Source: Trypanosoma brucei
Taxonomy: Eukaryota
Assembly: GCA_000002445.1 (NCBI GenBank)
Contig: CH464491.1
Coordinates: 3,840,001 to 3,904,000 of the forward strand
Direction: 5' to 3'
DNA length: 64,000 nucleotides
Shown here: positions 32,193-42,573 of the stretch, piece after piece
How the letters are laid out: each line of letters begins with the position of its first letter
How positions within the stretch are numbered: the first letter of the stretch is position 1
Made by a program: the position numbers and the translations under genes
Notes under the pieces: model-generated
What the model saw: the letters and a program-made list of their open reading frames with translations, nothing else
The model's database searches: none
Told to the model about the DNA's origin: nothing

Positions 32193-34652
32193 TCACTTGT
32201 GGTGTTTCCACGTCGCACAGTACAGTGCAAGCTCCAAGACGGATGGGTTAGACGCCGAAAGGGCTTTGCCATTATTAACCATGCGTTGTAATTCTTTCCA
32301 CTTCTTCCACTTTGTCTCAGCCTCCGCAACGTTGGGAAGTGACGAGGAGAAATGCAGTGCCCCGGGATGAACAGTTACCATACGGGGGGAGACATTTATC
32401 ATGCGCAATTGAGAGAACTTCTTCACGCGACTCGCAGCAACATAAATGATATGGTTACAGGGAAAGAACCCCTTGCAGTCTAGCAGTATAGAATGATCCA
32501 GAGTGAGTCCTTGCGTCTTGTGTACAGTAAATGCATAGGCAGGTACGAGGGGCATTGTGACGACACGTGCAGTACAAAACACTCGGTCTTGCAGATCCGG
32601 TAGCGGAAGGGATAACCAAGGTATAGCCACATCCTTTCCGTCAGCGTCCATCCGCACAATGGGAACAATAACGTCGTCATAGTTGACAACGTCAAGCGCC
32701 TGTTCCTTCCCATTGCCGCCGTATGAATTTTCTGATGACCCGGCCGAACTGTCACTACTAACCACTGGTCTCCGTGAAAGAGAGGCGTACACTTTCCGCG
32801 AAAGTTGGGTTCTGATACCTTTGGGAAATAAATGCCGAGATTTATTTACAGGTTGAAAGCCGATGACGGTACCGGTAGAGCCGTTAACGTACTCATTGCT
32901 TAAGTTTCGCAGTAGTATTACCCTACAACCGACCTTTAGTCTCTTGCTTTGGAGTACATTATCACTCTCTATCACCTTCGAGTATGCCTGCTTCAGGGAG
33001 GCGCGCAGAAAAGTACTGAGGGAGTTCTTATGTTTCACTTCAAACAGCACCCTACCAAAAAACCTTCGAGCGGATTTACTTTCGGGCGTGGTACCGTAAT
33101 AACTACGCTCCCATTCTGCTTTCATTTTAGCCACTGGATAGAGACAATCGTACTGCTTACTCACACAAAAGTGTACGTAGACTTTCAGATAGGGTTGTCT
33201 TGAACTATAAGGAGGTGCTACTACAGAAGTGGCTATACCGGAGATGCCACACCGCGTGCATATCTGTCCCACAAACTTCTTCACTTCCCGTTGCCATCTT
33301 CGGGAGGACCTCATCTTCTCTAGGAAGTGCAACACCACCACATCATTACAACCGTCGACGTTGTTTGCTCCTCGACTGTTCGGCGATGCATGACCTTTGG
33401 GGCCGGAAAGACCGGCTGACTCAACTATACTCCGAAATAGATGTTCCTCCCCGTCAAGTTCAAGCATTTTACTTTCATTAAACGCCGCCACAGATCGGCG
33501 GGTGGGATAGAGTTGGATGGCGTTAGGATCTTCCGGATTAACCAACGCAGACCGCATCATGCGACGAGTGAGAACACCTTGACGGAGCTTGTTGAGGTCA
33601 TTCAGAAATGCGGTGTCACCATGCCGCTTAACTTCGCAAAGTTGAAGGTGAAGCAAACAGGTTAAGAAGAGAGGGCTCTCGAAGATTAGACCACTGCTTG
33701 TCCGCTGACGCTCACCTACACAAATATTTTTCACCGCCGACATAATATGTCCCTGGTCTGTGACAGCAGCTGTAGAGCTTACGTCGCTTCTATTTTGTCC
33801 TGCTGTATTCTCGGTGGTTTCGTCCCCTCGGTAACCAATTTTGTTGCCTGCATCACCACCGCCATCTTGAGAAGTACAATTCTCAGTGCTATGCATTAGT
33901 TGCATGAAGTCTCCGCATAATATAACTTGAATGCCACCAAATGGAAGGTGAGGTATCCTTCCAGGTGCCCCGCGGGCGGCAATATCCAGCCCCTCCAAAT
34001 GTCTAGCGTGTAAAAGCGATACTTCATCCACAACAATAACGTCCACTTTGGCAAGAAGACTCTTGCTGTAGCGAAGGATCGAGACGGCACATGATTCGTT
34101 TGTCTCACTGTTACCAACGGAGGTAACTCGTACTCCAAATGTGCTGTGAAAAGTGCTTCCCCCAATGTTGAGTGCAGCTATTCCGGTAGATGCCGTTACG
34201 ACAACGTCAAGGTCCTTCGCCCTTAACGCTGTCACAATACTCTGGATCATATATGACTTACCGACACCAGCACCACCACCAATGAAAAGCGGAGCTCCAT
34301 CAAGGACAAGTGTGAGAGCCCTCCGCTTCTCCTCATTGAGACCGAGTGACGAAAAAGCTGACTCATCACCGCTTGATTTTTCCTTTTCCTGAAGCCCCAG
34401 GTCGTTGTGGCCAGCGCTAGACGCCTGCCGACAGGTCTTCGTGTCTCTTTCCTTGATTTCGTTGACTTCTGCAGCCCCACAACAGGAAGTACTCTCCGGT
34501 GCAGGGGAAAGCTGCCCCCCTTTTTCACCTTCTGCAGCAACGGTCCAAGCAGAAACACCTTTCGCAAGGCGGGATTGCCGTCCTTCTCGCCCCGGTGCAA
34601 AAAGCAGTCTTCCATACGTTAGCAATAGAGTCCTGGTGGAGTTGAGGAGCAT
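32193..34652 (-). CDS. PIF1-family 5'-3' DNA helicase (819 aa) with lineage-specific insertions
   Basis: Walker A (FIGGGAGVGKSY), ASTGIAALNIGGSTFHS, the DEVSLL motif and the PIF1 signature region are present. A C-terminal FTVHKTQGLTLD motif is also present. ATG verified at 34652. Confidence 0.85.
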   Translation of the reverse strand: MLLNSTRTLLLTYGRLLFAPGREGRQSRLAKGVSAWTVAAEGEKGGQLSPAPESTSCCGAAEVNEIKERDTKTCRQASSAGHNDLGLQEKEKSSGDESAFSSLGLNEEKRRALTLVLDGAPLFIGGGAGVGKSYMIQSIVTALRAKDLDVVVTASTGIAALNIGGSTFHSTFGVRVTSVGNSETNESCAVSILRYSKSLLAKVDVIVVDEVSLLHARHLEGLDIAARGAPGRIPHLPFGGIQVILCGDFMQLMHSTENCTSQDGGGDAGNKIGYRGDETTENTAGQNRSDVSSTAAVTDQGHIMSAVKNICVGERQRTSSGLIFESPLFLTCLLHLQLCEVKRHGDTAFLNDLNKLRQGVLTRRMMRSALVNPEDPNAIQLYPTRRSVAAFNESKMLELDGEEHLFRSIVESAGLSGPKGHASPNSRGANNVDGCNDVVVLHFLEKMRSSRRWQREVKKFVGQICTRCGISGIATSVVAPPYSSRQPYLKVYVHFCVSKQYDCLYPVAKMKAEWERSYYGTTPESKSARRFFGRVLFEVKHKNSLSTFLRASLKQAYSKVIESDNVLQSKRLKVGCRVILLRNLSNEYVNGSTGTVIGFQPVNKSRHLFPKGIRTQLSRKVYASLSRRPVVSSDSSAGSSENSYGGNGKEQALDVVNYDDVIVPIVRMDADGKDVAIPWLSLPLPDLQDRVFCTARVVTMPLVPAYAFTVHKTQGLTLDHSILLDCKGFFPCNHIIYVAASRVKKFSQLRMINVSPRMVTVHPGALHFSSSLPNVAEAETKWKKWKELQRMVNNGKALSASNPSVLELALYCATWKHHK

Positions 34653-35109
34653 GACGTGGCTCGAGCATTAACCAAGCGACCAACGCGGACAGTGGAGGTT
34701 CACGACATTAGAGGTAACATGCAATGAAAGAAAAAAAAGAAAAGAGCAGTAAGTTGTGTGGTGGCCTAAGCCTGCGGCAGTGACGGTGTGCAGTCCCCCT
34801 TAACAACTACAGTACACACAAACAAACAGGAAATACATGCCGTTGGGGTCATATGCACTTACTCCCCTCGGGTAGTGAAGGTAAAACAGGTGTACGAACG
34901 AATAAATAAAATTTATAACTGACCAACATGTACCAAAACAATAAAAAGATTAAACAACAATTTAGAAAATCTAAAAGTCAGCATATTTCTTCATTATGAT
35001 AACTGCATATAGGTGACAGATGTGGGGCGTGTGGGAATGGAGACAAACGTCTAAACAAGAAATATTGAGTTGAGCCTACAGCTTGTTTTCCGCCGTTTAT
35101 TCTATAAAT

Positions 35110-36531
35110 CTATCGCTGACGCAGATTGCACTGCAGTTCCGAAGTTCTATGCATCTGACCAGTTCTTCGTGTAGGCCCCGACTCGGCCCGTTGCTGCATG
35201 GGTGAACCCCGGATTCTGGGTTCCACCGGGTTCCGACTACACTGTGCTCTAAGTTTAGTGCGCAGGTCCAAGAGTTGGCGGTGTTCTTCGGGTGATAAAT
35301 ACACAGAATGACATCGGGCCTCTGGTAGTAGGTACTCCCCTGTATCACCACGAGAAACAATGACGCCGCGGAGTCTGAGAAGGGCAAAGAGCTCTGCTCC
35401 CGTTAAAATGTCCAGGACGGTTCTCTGCGGAGCCGTTTTGCGCGGCAAAACAGGGCGGACGGGGTCGCCACCGACTTGTGATGGGGTCCTTCCTCGAGGT
35501 CCTGAGTTTCCCCTAATCGTGTTTTTACACGAAACACTCTTTTCGGTAACGCGAGGAGAACCTGGAGAGTGCGGTGCGCGGGCGAAAATGGGGCGCATGA
35601 AGTTTGTGCCTTGTACTCGGTGTTGGCATGACCCACGCGAAACCAGAGGCCGAGAAACTTCAGTAACAACGGAACTGCTGCGGACTGTAGGGCGTTTATC
35701 TTCCCCAGCGCACAGATACTCTGTGTCTAACGCACACGAACCACAACCCTTGTCCACATACTGTTTGTATTGTTTCTCAGAACTTTCCCTGACTGGCCCT
35801 TGCGTTTTGTTACTAGGTGTTTCTGCTGTGGCAGTCCATGGCTCATGCAGCGGGCTGTTCTCTGCAGCACTGTTTGAGATATTTCGTTGCTCCACTGGTA
35901 GGTTGTTGACGGATCCCACAGTATCTGAAGGGTGATTACTGCTTGATACCTTTTTGCGCAGCTTCTCACGGAGACGGATCTCCATTGCCTGGAGGGGGTC
36001 AAAAGAGCCACCTACCAGATGAGTTAAGGGTTGAGACGACGACACGTGCACCTGCCTTTCCGCTTGTAAAACTCCCGCTTGTGGGGGACCCCCATTAATG
36101 TTATTATTTTTTGTGTACGGTGCTCCAAGTTGATACGTTGTTTTGATGCTCTCTTGCTCCTTTATGCCCGAGTCACACATTTCTACCTCCTCCACGAGTG
36201 CTGTGGTGCTCCCTTTCCTTCGTGAAGTGTTAAGTGTCTTTATGTTACCATCACCCGCTTCTTCACGGAGCACTGATAGTTTCTCTTCCTTCGTAAAGAT
36301 GCGCTCCGCACTTGATGAAATCGAAGTCTGGCGTTTACGGGGGAGTTCCTCATCAGCTGCGTGTGAAACGATGCTATTCCTTTCATCCTGTTGATAAACT
36401 TCAGGTGATCTGCCGGGCACAAACCCAGCATCAAATTCTTCATCACGCTGAAGGCACTGGCTTATGTTCATTAAACGATCACGCATCTCGTTAATTTTGC
36501 AGTCGACATCGGCCAAAGATTCTGAGGGCAT
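35110..36531 (-). CDS. hypothetical Ser-rich protein (473 aa) with possible C-terminal SAP-like motif
   Basis: ATG verified at 36531. Mostly low complexity. LDILTGAELFALLRLRGVIVSRGDTGEYLL fits the SAP L-x2-L-x-V-x-EL-x2-L-x2-RGL pattern loosely. Confidence 0.45.
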   Translation of the reverse strand: MPSESLADVDCKINEMRDRLMNISQCLQRDEEFDAGFVPGRSPEVYQQDERNSIVSHAADEELPRKRQTSISSSAERIFTKEEKLSVLREEAGDGNIKTLNTSRRKGSTTALVEEVEMCDSGIKEQESIKTTYQLGAPYTKNNNINGGPPQAGVLQAERQVHVSSSQPLTHLVGGSFDPLQAMEIRLREKLRKKVSSSNHPSDTVGSVNNLPVEQRNISNSAAENSPLHEPWTATAETPSNKTQGPVRESSEKQYKQYVDKGCGSCALDTEYLCAGEDKRPTVRSSSVVTEVSRPLVSRGSCQHRVQGTNFMRPIFARAPHSPGSPRVTEKSVSCKNTIRGNSGPRGRTPSQVGGDPVRPVLPRKTAPQRTVLDILTGAELFALLRLRGVIVSRGDTGEYLLPEARCHSVYLSPEEHRQLLDLRTKLRAQCSRNPVEPRIRGSPMQQRAESGPTRRTGQMHRTSELQCNLRQR

Positions 36532-36866
36532 TCACAATGAGTCCACTAATATGTACAAAGAGGAAGGTAAACAAAATACAGTACCGGTATAAAAGTATAT
36601 GGAAAGCCTATAGAGACAAGTGACAAAGCTAGTGTGAACGGTTTAACGTTACTTGGAACTGACAACAGCCGATTTGAGTACCCATGTCAGAGCGGTTCAT
36701 GTTAAATACAGTGAAAATCGCGACACAACAACAAAAAAAAATTCTCAATACAACCTCATACAATGTCACCGTTTTCACCTAGCGCAGTGATACGCGGTTC
36801 CCGTCGTGCGCAACATACCCTCAAACCCACATCGGGAAAGAGTGGTGTACGAGTCCAAAATGCATA

Positions 36867-37808
36867 TCACTTATGATGAATGATGCGTCTCACCGCCGTC
36901 TCCAAATCCCGCCATACCGGAAAGAATTTCTTATTGTGTTTACAAACATTGATTACTTCCAACTGGGAGGTTAGTTCGTTTTCCATAATGTCACGGGAAG
37001 TTTTCCTCCCTGCTACTCGCCTCCTCTCGCTAATGGCACGAAGAAGTCCTTGGTCACCGCTCACAACAATCAAAGGCATATGAACCATTGCGTACGCAAT
37101 TTGCATAATGACACCGTCAGCTGCCTGCTGTTGACCACCACATGGTGTAAAGTGCAAACGCCCCTCGTCCGCGAGGTGCTTCCACACACTTTTCTTTCCT
37201 TGGCCCCAATTCAAGTTATTCACATCGCTATGTCTGGCATCAGCCTCGGACCCGCTGTTGCGTTGGCAAACGACATGTGCATCGGGCAACACTCCATGAT
37301 AACGTGCGAAGCATGAGCTAAAGAAACTCCACACAAATAAGTGATCCAGTACATTGATGTTACTGCCTTCACTTCTCCGCGGTGGGACGCTTTTGAATTG
37401 ATTGAAACCGTAGTTGTCTAGGTCAAGTAGCAAAACAACAGTTTTCCTACCCCCAACCCTGTCCCCTGTCGGCCTCAAATCCCTTTTAAACCGCCCCTGC
37501 AACTTTGAAAGACTCGATGACGCCTTCAACACTTCACAGTAGACACAGTGGCATTCATCACTGACCCACGAATCTCCGTTAATAAGTTTTTCATCATACA
37601 TTCTTGTGGCACCGTCAGCAGGCCCCGCCACACAGGAGAAACCTTCGCTCCCTGGGCGATGTAACTGCACCACGAGAGCGTCGTCATTAGGCGTTAGGGC
37701 AGAAGAACTGCCACTATCTTGAATCGAAGAACAAGCACACTCAGAAACACCTCCCGGTGCGGAGGAGGAATTATCTGCCTCAGCATCGAAGTCTAACTCA
37801 GCGAACAT
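36867..37808 (-). CDS. NYN/PIN-like nuclease domain protein (313 aa)
   Basis: VVLLLDLDNYGF, AADGVIMQIAYAM and IVVSGDQGLLRAI match the three conserved acidic-residue blocks of NYN domains. The first ATG is 37808 (MFAELDFD). The track N-terminus comes from (TA)n/(GA)n repeat translation. Confidence 0.55.
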   Translation of the reverse strand: MFAELDFDAEADNSSSAPGGVSECACSSIQDSGSSSALTPNDDALVVQLHRPGSEGFSCVAGPADGATRMYDEKLINGDSWVSDECHCVYCEVLKASSSLSKLQGRFKRDLRPTGDRVGGRKTVVLLLDLDNYGFNQFKSVPPRRSEGSNINVLDHLFVWSFFSSCFARYHGVLPDAHVVCQRNSGSEADARHSDVNNLNWGQGKKSVWKHLADEGRLHFTPCGGQQQAADGVIMQIAYAMVHMPLIVVSGDQGLLRAISERRRVAGRKTSRDIMENELTSQLEVINVCKHNKKFFPVWRDLETAVRRIIHHK

Positions 37809-37812
37809 ATAA

Positions 37813-37824
37813 CTTGAATATATG

Positions 37825-37868
<44 letters not shown>
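37813..37868 (-). promoter_or_regulatory. (TC)10-(TA)12 microsatellite acting as polypyrimidine tract, with AG 4-5 nt upstream of the ATG
   Basis: The minus strand reads TCTCTCTCTCTCTCTCTCTC TATATATATATATATATATATACATATATTCAAG, followed by TTAT and the ATG. The call is inferred. Confidence 0.3.
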
Positions 37869-38169
37869 CCACACAAAAGAAACGTAAAACCTCCCTCTGC
37901 CGCCACTAGAGCTGGGATGCTGAAGAGAAGAAAAAAAAAGGCAGAAGGTGGTAAAATGGAAATCTGCAGTATTGGGAGCATCTTAACCGAGTAATTACGG
38001 AATGTGCATGAGAAAAAAGAAATGGAATGAGTTACAGATAAGTTTGTACGAGCGTGCGAGCACATTCATGTGTCTTCCTATGAATGCACACGAAAACAGT
38101 TGAAGGAAAGGCCCCGATAACAACTGCAATGACGTGTAGATGCATGCACAGTGCATGCAACCTTGTTGA

Positions 38170-40308
38170 TTACTCTTTACGCAGCCTTTTATAGTCTCGC
38201 TCCTCATGGCCAACATCAACATGTGTGCCATTCACCATTTGTTGCGCCCCATGTAGTGCTGATCTCCTCTCACTACTCACAGAAAAGAGGGAAACGCGGC
38301 GACTGCCACGAAGGCCTCCCTCAACAACAAAGCCAGAAGAAAGGAAATCAGTCCAGGCATCAGTGACAATGTCGCTCACTGCTGCGGGCGACAGTCGCTG
38401 AAGTGAAAGGTAGTGCCGGTGCAACTCGCAAACAAAATCATCCGCAGGTGCGTGCTCAGCACCATGTACGCGTAGAGTACGACGGAGTGAATTCAAAACA
38501 GAAGTCATGGACCCTACCCAGCTCGTCAGCAGAGTTCCATCCGCATTTTTGTCCAGTTGACTCATCTCTTTGAAACCAAGGTCAACCATGGGGAGGAGCA
38601 GCTGCCTGACGTCTACTGCGCAGGATATTCCGTGACACAAAAGAAGCAGCCTCGACTCCACAACGGAGCTCCGAACAACAATTAACATCAACGGGATGCT
38701 CAAACAAAAACGCGTTCCACTTGCACATAAATCAGAACACGCACGTCGAATACCACGAAGAAATGCGCCAATGGCCGTGTGCTTCAACCACTCAGCAACC
38801 GTGTTCCCTGCAACGCATTTAAGTTTGTCCTTCACGCTCTCCTCGCACCGCTTCGACACCACGGCAGCCTTGTACACGTCTAGGCACCGCAGGACAGAAA
38901 GGCACACAAACTGCACAGCCTCCACAGCCGAATTGTAATCCACATCGGTCTCTCCACTACAGTAAGCAGACATCACCCATTTGAGCAACTCTGTGTGTCT
39001 CTGCAACAGAAACTCCCAAAGATCCGTATCCAGAAACAATGGGATGTCGCCCCTGTGACGTTCCCCTGTGTAAGCTTCAAACCATCTCAGTAACAATGAG
39101 AGGAGAAACTCAAGACGCTCCAGGTTAGCAGAAGGTGGCGACGACGGATTACACTCCACGATGGATTGCACAGCGGTTGCAAATGCGGTCACCGATCTAA
39201 CGGCTTTACAACTAATGCAACGCACGAGTTCTTCGGGAAACTTAAGCGCTGTTGCATCAGTGCCACACGACCTCTCTTCCTCTTCAACCCCACATTCATA
39301 TTCCTCCTCAACTCCTTTTTGTTGCAATTTGCTCTGCGATTGATGTTTAACGAACTTGTCATGAGCCAGAATGCACCACAGCCCCTTAAGAGTATCCCCC
39401 GCCCTCTTCAGTAACACTCGCTGCTTCGACTCGTTGACCTCAAACGACTTGTAATCTTCAAGTAATTCACCACTAACAAGTTCCAAACTAGGGACATCAA
39501 AGTCACGCTTGAAGCTACGCCTGATAAGTACCTCTGCAGCTTCTTCATGCCGTTCCAGAAGCAAAGTGTCAGTAAGCCACAAACGCTCCGCCTTACCCAC
39601 AGAAGCATAGAAACCGAACAGATGGGCTGATTCGCAAGCAAGCCTCTGAAAACTATAAAGCTCTCGGAAGTACCGTTTTCGCAAAAGAATGGCACCCTCC
39701 CCCATATCATCCGCACTCTCCTCTGCTGCTATACGAACTTCTTCCAAGTCCGCGCCATTACCATCCATTCCGTCTCCTGCAACAGGCGAGACGGAGATAA
39801 TTTCATCTTCGTGAGGGAATCGGGAGACAAGGAGTTTCAGACGCAGCGAGCAACTATCCACAGTACCCCAGAAAGCAACAACAAATTGCTCACGCTGCTG
39901 GGAAAGAAATGCGCCACACAGAACTTCCAATTCACAACATCCTGTGTGAAGGGTGGTACTTGAACCATTACTACTGTTTCCGCCATCAGTGCCGTTGTTG
40001 TTTGTGTGATCCATAAACTCACAAAGCCCTTCTTGCCATTTTCTCCAATGCAATGGTCGAAGGACAATCAGTTGTGATGCCTTCATGTAGACGTTATGGT
40101 AATGCCTAACCGCCTCGCACACCGCTGAAGTGGGTAGTGACGCCAAGGGTGGTAAAAGGAGGGGGTCACACCGCGCAGCCTCCAGAGTTCGGAGCGTATT
40201 ATCCCACTCTTTGATGGAAAAACATACCGCGTCTCCAAGCAACGCCGAGCCCACACTGCAGAATTTGTTCACCTGTTGCTTTGAACGAACACTACGCAGA
40301 GCAGCCAT
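38170..40308 (-). CDS. conserved hypothetical protein (712 aa), predicted helical
   Basis: ATG verified at 40308. No domain recognised. Confidence 0.5.
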   Translation of the reverse strand: MAALRSVRSKQQVNKFCSVGSALLGDAVCFSIKEWDNTLRTLEAARCDPLLLPPLASLPTSAVCEAVRHYHNVYMKASQLIVLRPLHWRKWQEGLCEFMDHTNNNGTDGGNSSNGSSTTLHTGCCELEVLCGAFLSQQREQFVVAFWGTVDSCSLRLKLLVSRFPHEDEIISVSPVAGDGMDGNGADLEEVRIAAEESADDMGEGAILLRKRYFRELYSFQRLACESAHLFGFYASVGKAERLWLTDTLLLERHEEAAEVLIRRSFKRDFDVPSLELVSGELLEDYKSFEVNESKQRVLLKRAGDTLKGLWCILAHDKFVKHQSQSKLQQKGVEEEYECGVEEEERSCGTDATALKFPEELVRCISCKAVRSVTAFATAVQSIVECNPSSPPSANLERLEFLLSLLLRWFEAYTGERHRGDIPLFLDTDLWEFLLQRHTELLKWVMSAYCSGETDVDYNSAVEAVQFVCLSVLRCLDVYKAAVVSKRCEESVKDKLKCVAGNTVAEWLKHTAIGAFLRGIRRACSDLCASGTRFCLSIPLMLIVVRSSVVESRLLLLCHGISCAVDVRQLLLPMVDLGFKEMSQLDKNADGTLLTSWVGSMTSVLNSLRRTLRVHGAEHAPADDFVCELHRHYLSLQRLSPAAVSDIVTDAWTDFLSSGFVVEGGLRGSRRVSLFSVSSERRSALHGAQQMVNGTHVDVGHEERDYKRLRKE

Positions 40309-40500
40309 TATTCGTACTTCAGTGCCCTGCTAAAACAGAAGGCCAGTATGTGTGCGAAGACCAGGGTGGTATCCTGCCGCCACTCGAGGAATATTACGTT
40401 CCAACGTCGCTGTTCGTGTGCCGGGAGGTAACGCACATGCTTCCGTAGTAATAATAGGTAGACAAATAGAAATGGCGACCGTGAAAAAAAAAAAATAATA

Positions 40501-40540
40501 ACACACACACACACACACACAGACAGAGAGGGAGAGAGAG
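40501..40540. repeat. (AC)11 followed by (AG)-rich purine run
   Basis: Direct read. Confidence 0.9.
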
Positions 40541-40962
40541 CATACAATTCGAGCAAGGGCAGTGGCGCCACCACTTCAAGATAGTAAAAATGGAAGACAA
40601 ATTAGAGACTGCTCACGTAGGTTAACACCCACGGGCAGGTACAGCATTATTTTTTTAATCTACTACTTTTTTAAAAAGGTAGAGTTGTGAACTTGAGCTG
40701 CGCCAATATGAGAGCATGCGATGAGCACATACGCGCAACGCACGTCTCGTTATGCGCATTGTGGATTCACTGCTTCTGTACAGCAAAATCACACTTCAGT
40801 ACGCCCTTCAAATTTTCCCATGCATTTTCGAGATATTGTTCAACTGTTCAGCTCTGCAGAACTACTCCCTTCAAATGAAACGTCCTCCTTCTTCTTTTAT
40901 ATAACAAAAGGTTTTCAAACCAATTGTGCAAGTCTATAAATATCAGCAGTGCCCGGTGGCCG

Positions 40963-40980
40963 ATATATATATATATATAT
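40963..40980. repeat. (AT)9 microsatellite
   Basis: Direct read. Confidence 0.9.
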
Positions 40981-41055
40981 AACTGTGATGACAAAAACAA
41001 AGTGCCCGGGTTAGTGGGAGGTAATGGCCCACACACACATCTAGACTCATCACCA

Positions 41056-41727
41056 TTACATCTTCCTTACACATGCCATTTTGGCAAAGAAATCGGATAA
41101 CTTCATTTGACTTTTTGGAGGTGTTGGAATGCCCCCTTGAGCACGTAAGGGAGATTTGCCAGTTGGCGTTGTATTTCCCACTCCACTAATCCCACTTTTT
41201 ATGGCATCCCCTTGTGGAAAGAGTTCGCAAACTGTGGGAACCGCAGAAGTGGAGTCATTGTTGTTTTCCATAATGTCTGTAGAGCTGGGATGGTCAGGGG
41301 AACCGGAAAATGGGCTCAGAAGTGCAGACGAGCCATGCTGTGATGACGGCGACACATCACCCTTTACCACCTTCGGCACGGTAGGTGGATTATTTCCCCT
41401 GAAACATGTGGAAGGTGTTTGTTCCTGTGATGTGGTGGCTGTTGTGGTAGTGGTGGTGGCACCACTGGGTGATGGGTGGTCTAACCGGTCGACGAGGTTC
41501 ACCTTCACGACCCCAGCGGCAAATGCAAATGCAGCCATTTTCTCCACACCATCTCCACCACGGCGTGCAATATTCAACTCCGCCGCTGAACTATTACCCT
41601 CTGCGATGACATTTGTTCTTTCGACTGGCACCCCATTATGCAACATCGAATCTGCCATAACAGGTTCAGTGCGCATAACCTTCGTTGGTGGATTGTATTC
41701 ATCGTCGTCATCCAAAAGCAAACTCAT
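41056..41727 (-). CDS. small disordered S/T/P-rich protein with C-terminal PIP box (223 aa)
   Basis: ATG at 41727. Mostly low complexity with a TTTTTATT run. The C-terminal QMKLSDFF fits the canonical PCNA-interacting peptide Q-x-x-[LIM]-x-x-[FY]-[FY]. Confidence 0.5.
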   Translation of the reverse strand: MSLLLDDDDEYNPPTKVMRTEPVMADSMLHNGVPVERTNVIAEGNSSAAELNIARRGGDGVEKMAAFAFAAGVVKVNLVDRLDHPSPSGATTTTTTATTSQEQTPSTCFRGNNPPTVPKVVKGDVSPSSQHGSSALLSPFSGSPDHPSSTDIMENNNDSTSAVPTVCELFPQGDAIKSGISGVGNTTPTGKSPLRAQGGIPTPPKSQMKLSDFFAKMACVRKM

Positions 41728-42573
41728 CTTCGGCCCTCTCAGCTTTCACACGTCCTTTTGTGTTTCCGTAAAAGTTTTCAGCCCTTGAACAAACGCAAAT
41801 TCTTTAAAATATAAAAATACATGTACATAAAGTGGTAAAAAAATAACAATGAAAATAGAGGGGAACATGGAAATGTTACAATGAGCATTGAAACACAGTA
41901 CAAGTAGTCACCAGAGTGTAGTGTATCGGAGGAGGTGCGATATATTCAAAAAAAATGTACACATATCTTTTTAAAAGGTACAATAAAGGTACAAATACGG
42001 GGGCACCGCCGAATGGGCACATAGTCCCGCAGTAGGAACCAAATCATGTCCTTCAAGGGAAGGGTTAGCTGCAGGGGTATAGCAAGAAAGAAAACGGGAA
42101 AAAATACAAGGCAACATAATGAAAACAACACAAACAAAATCAACCGCTCCTTTAAATAGAGATACAAAAATGCCTTTCCTTTCCCCCTTCCCTCACTACA
42201 TATTTCCTCTCATTTCCTCCCTGAACCCCAACAAAACCTCGTTTGGTAGTTGCATGCGCTCCCTGTGACGAAATAAAATCAGTGACAATACAACATTATG
42301 ATACATCACTTGACAGGTACAAAAAAATAATGGACAGACGAAGACGACTGTAACGGATCGGTTATCTCCAAATAAAAGTACAACGTATACGCATATATAT
42401 ATAATATTTTACTTAGCCACGCCGTATAACTGCGTACATAGATGGACGAGAGACAAATGTTCATGTGCCCACCTCTGTCTGCATATATTCACGCTTATGC
42501 AAAACTAAGAGCACACGTGACGATGTTTCCCTGAAAATACAAAAAAAAATCAAGAAAGACAGTCACTTCCTAC

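Noticed and set aside
35360-35935. 191-aa plus-strand ORF and 11049..11624 plus-strand 191-aa ORF
   Set aside because: Both are antisense to larger ATG-initiated minus-strand genes, have no polypyrimidine/AG context on the plus strand, and have no recognisable domain.
41156-41788. 210-aa plus-strand ORF overlapping the PIP-box gene
   Set aside because: Antisense to the minus-strand unit. The translation is hydrophobic/Val-run garbage (VVAVVVVVVAPLG), whereas the minus-strand frame has an ATG and a recognisable C-terminal motif.
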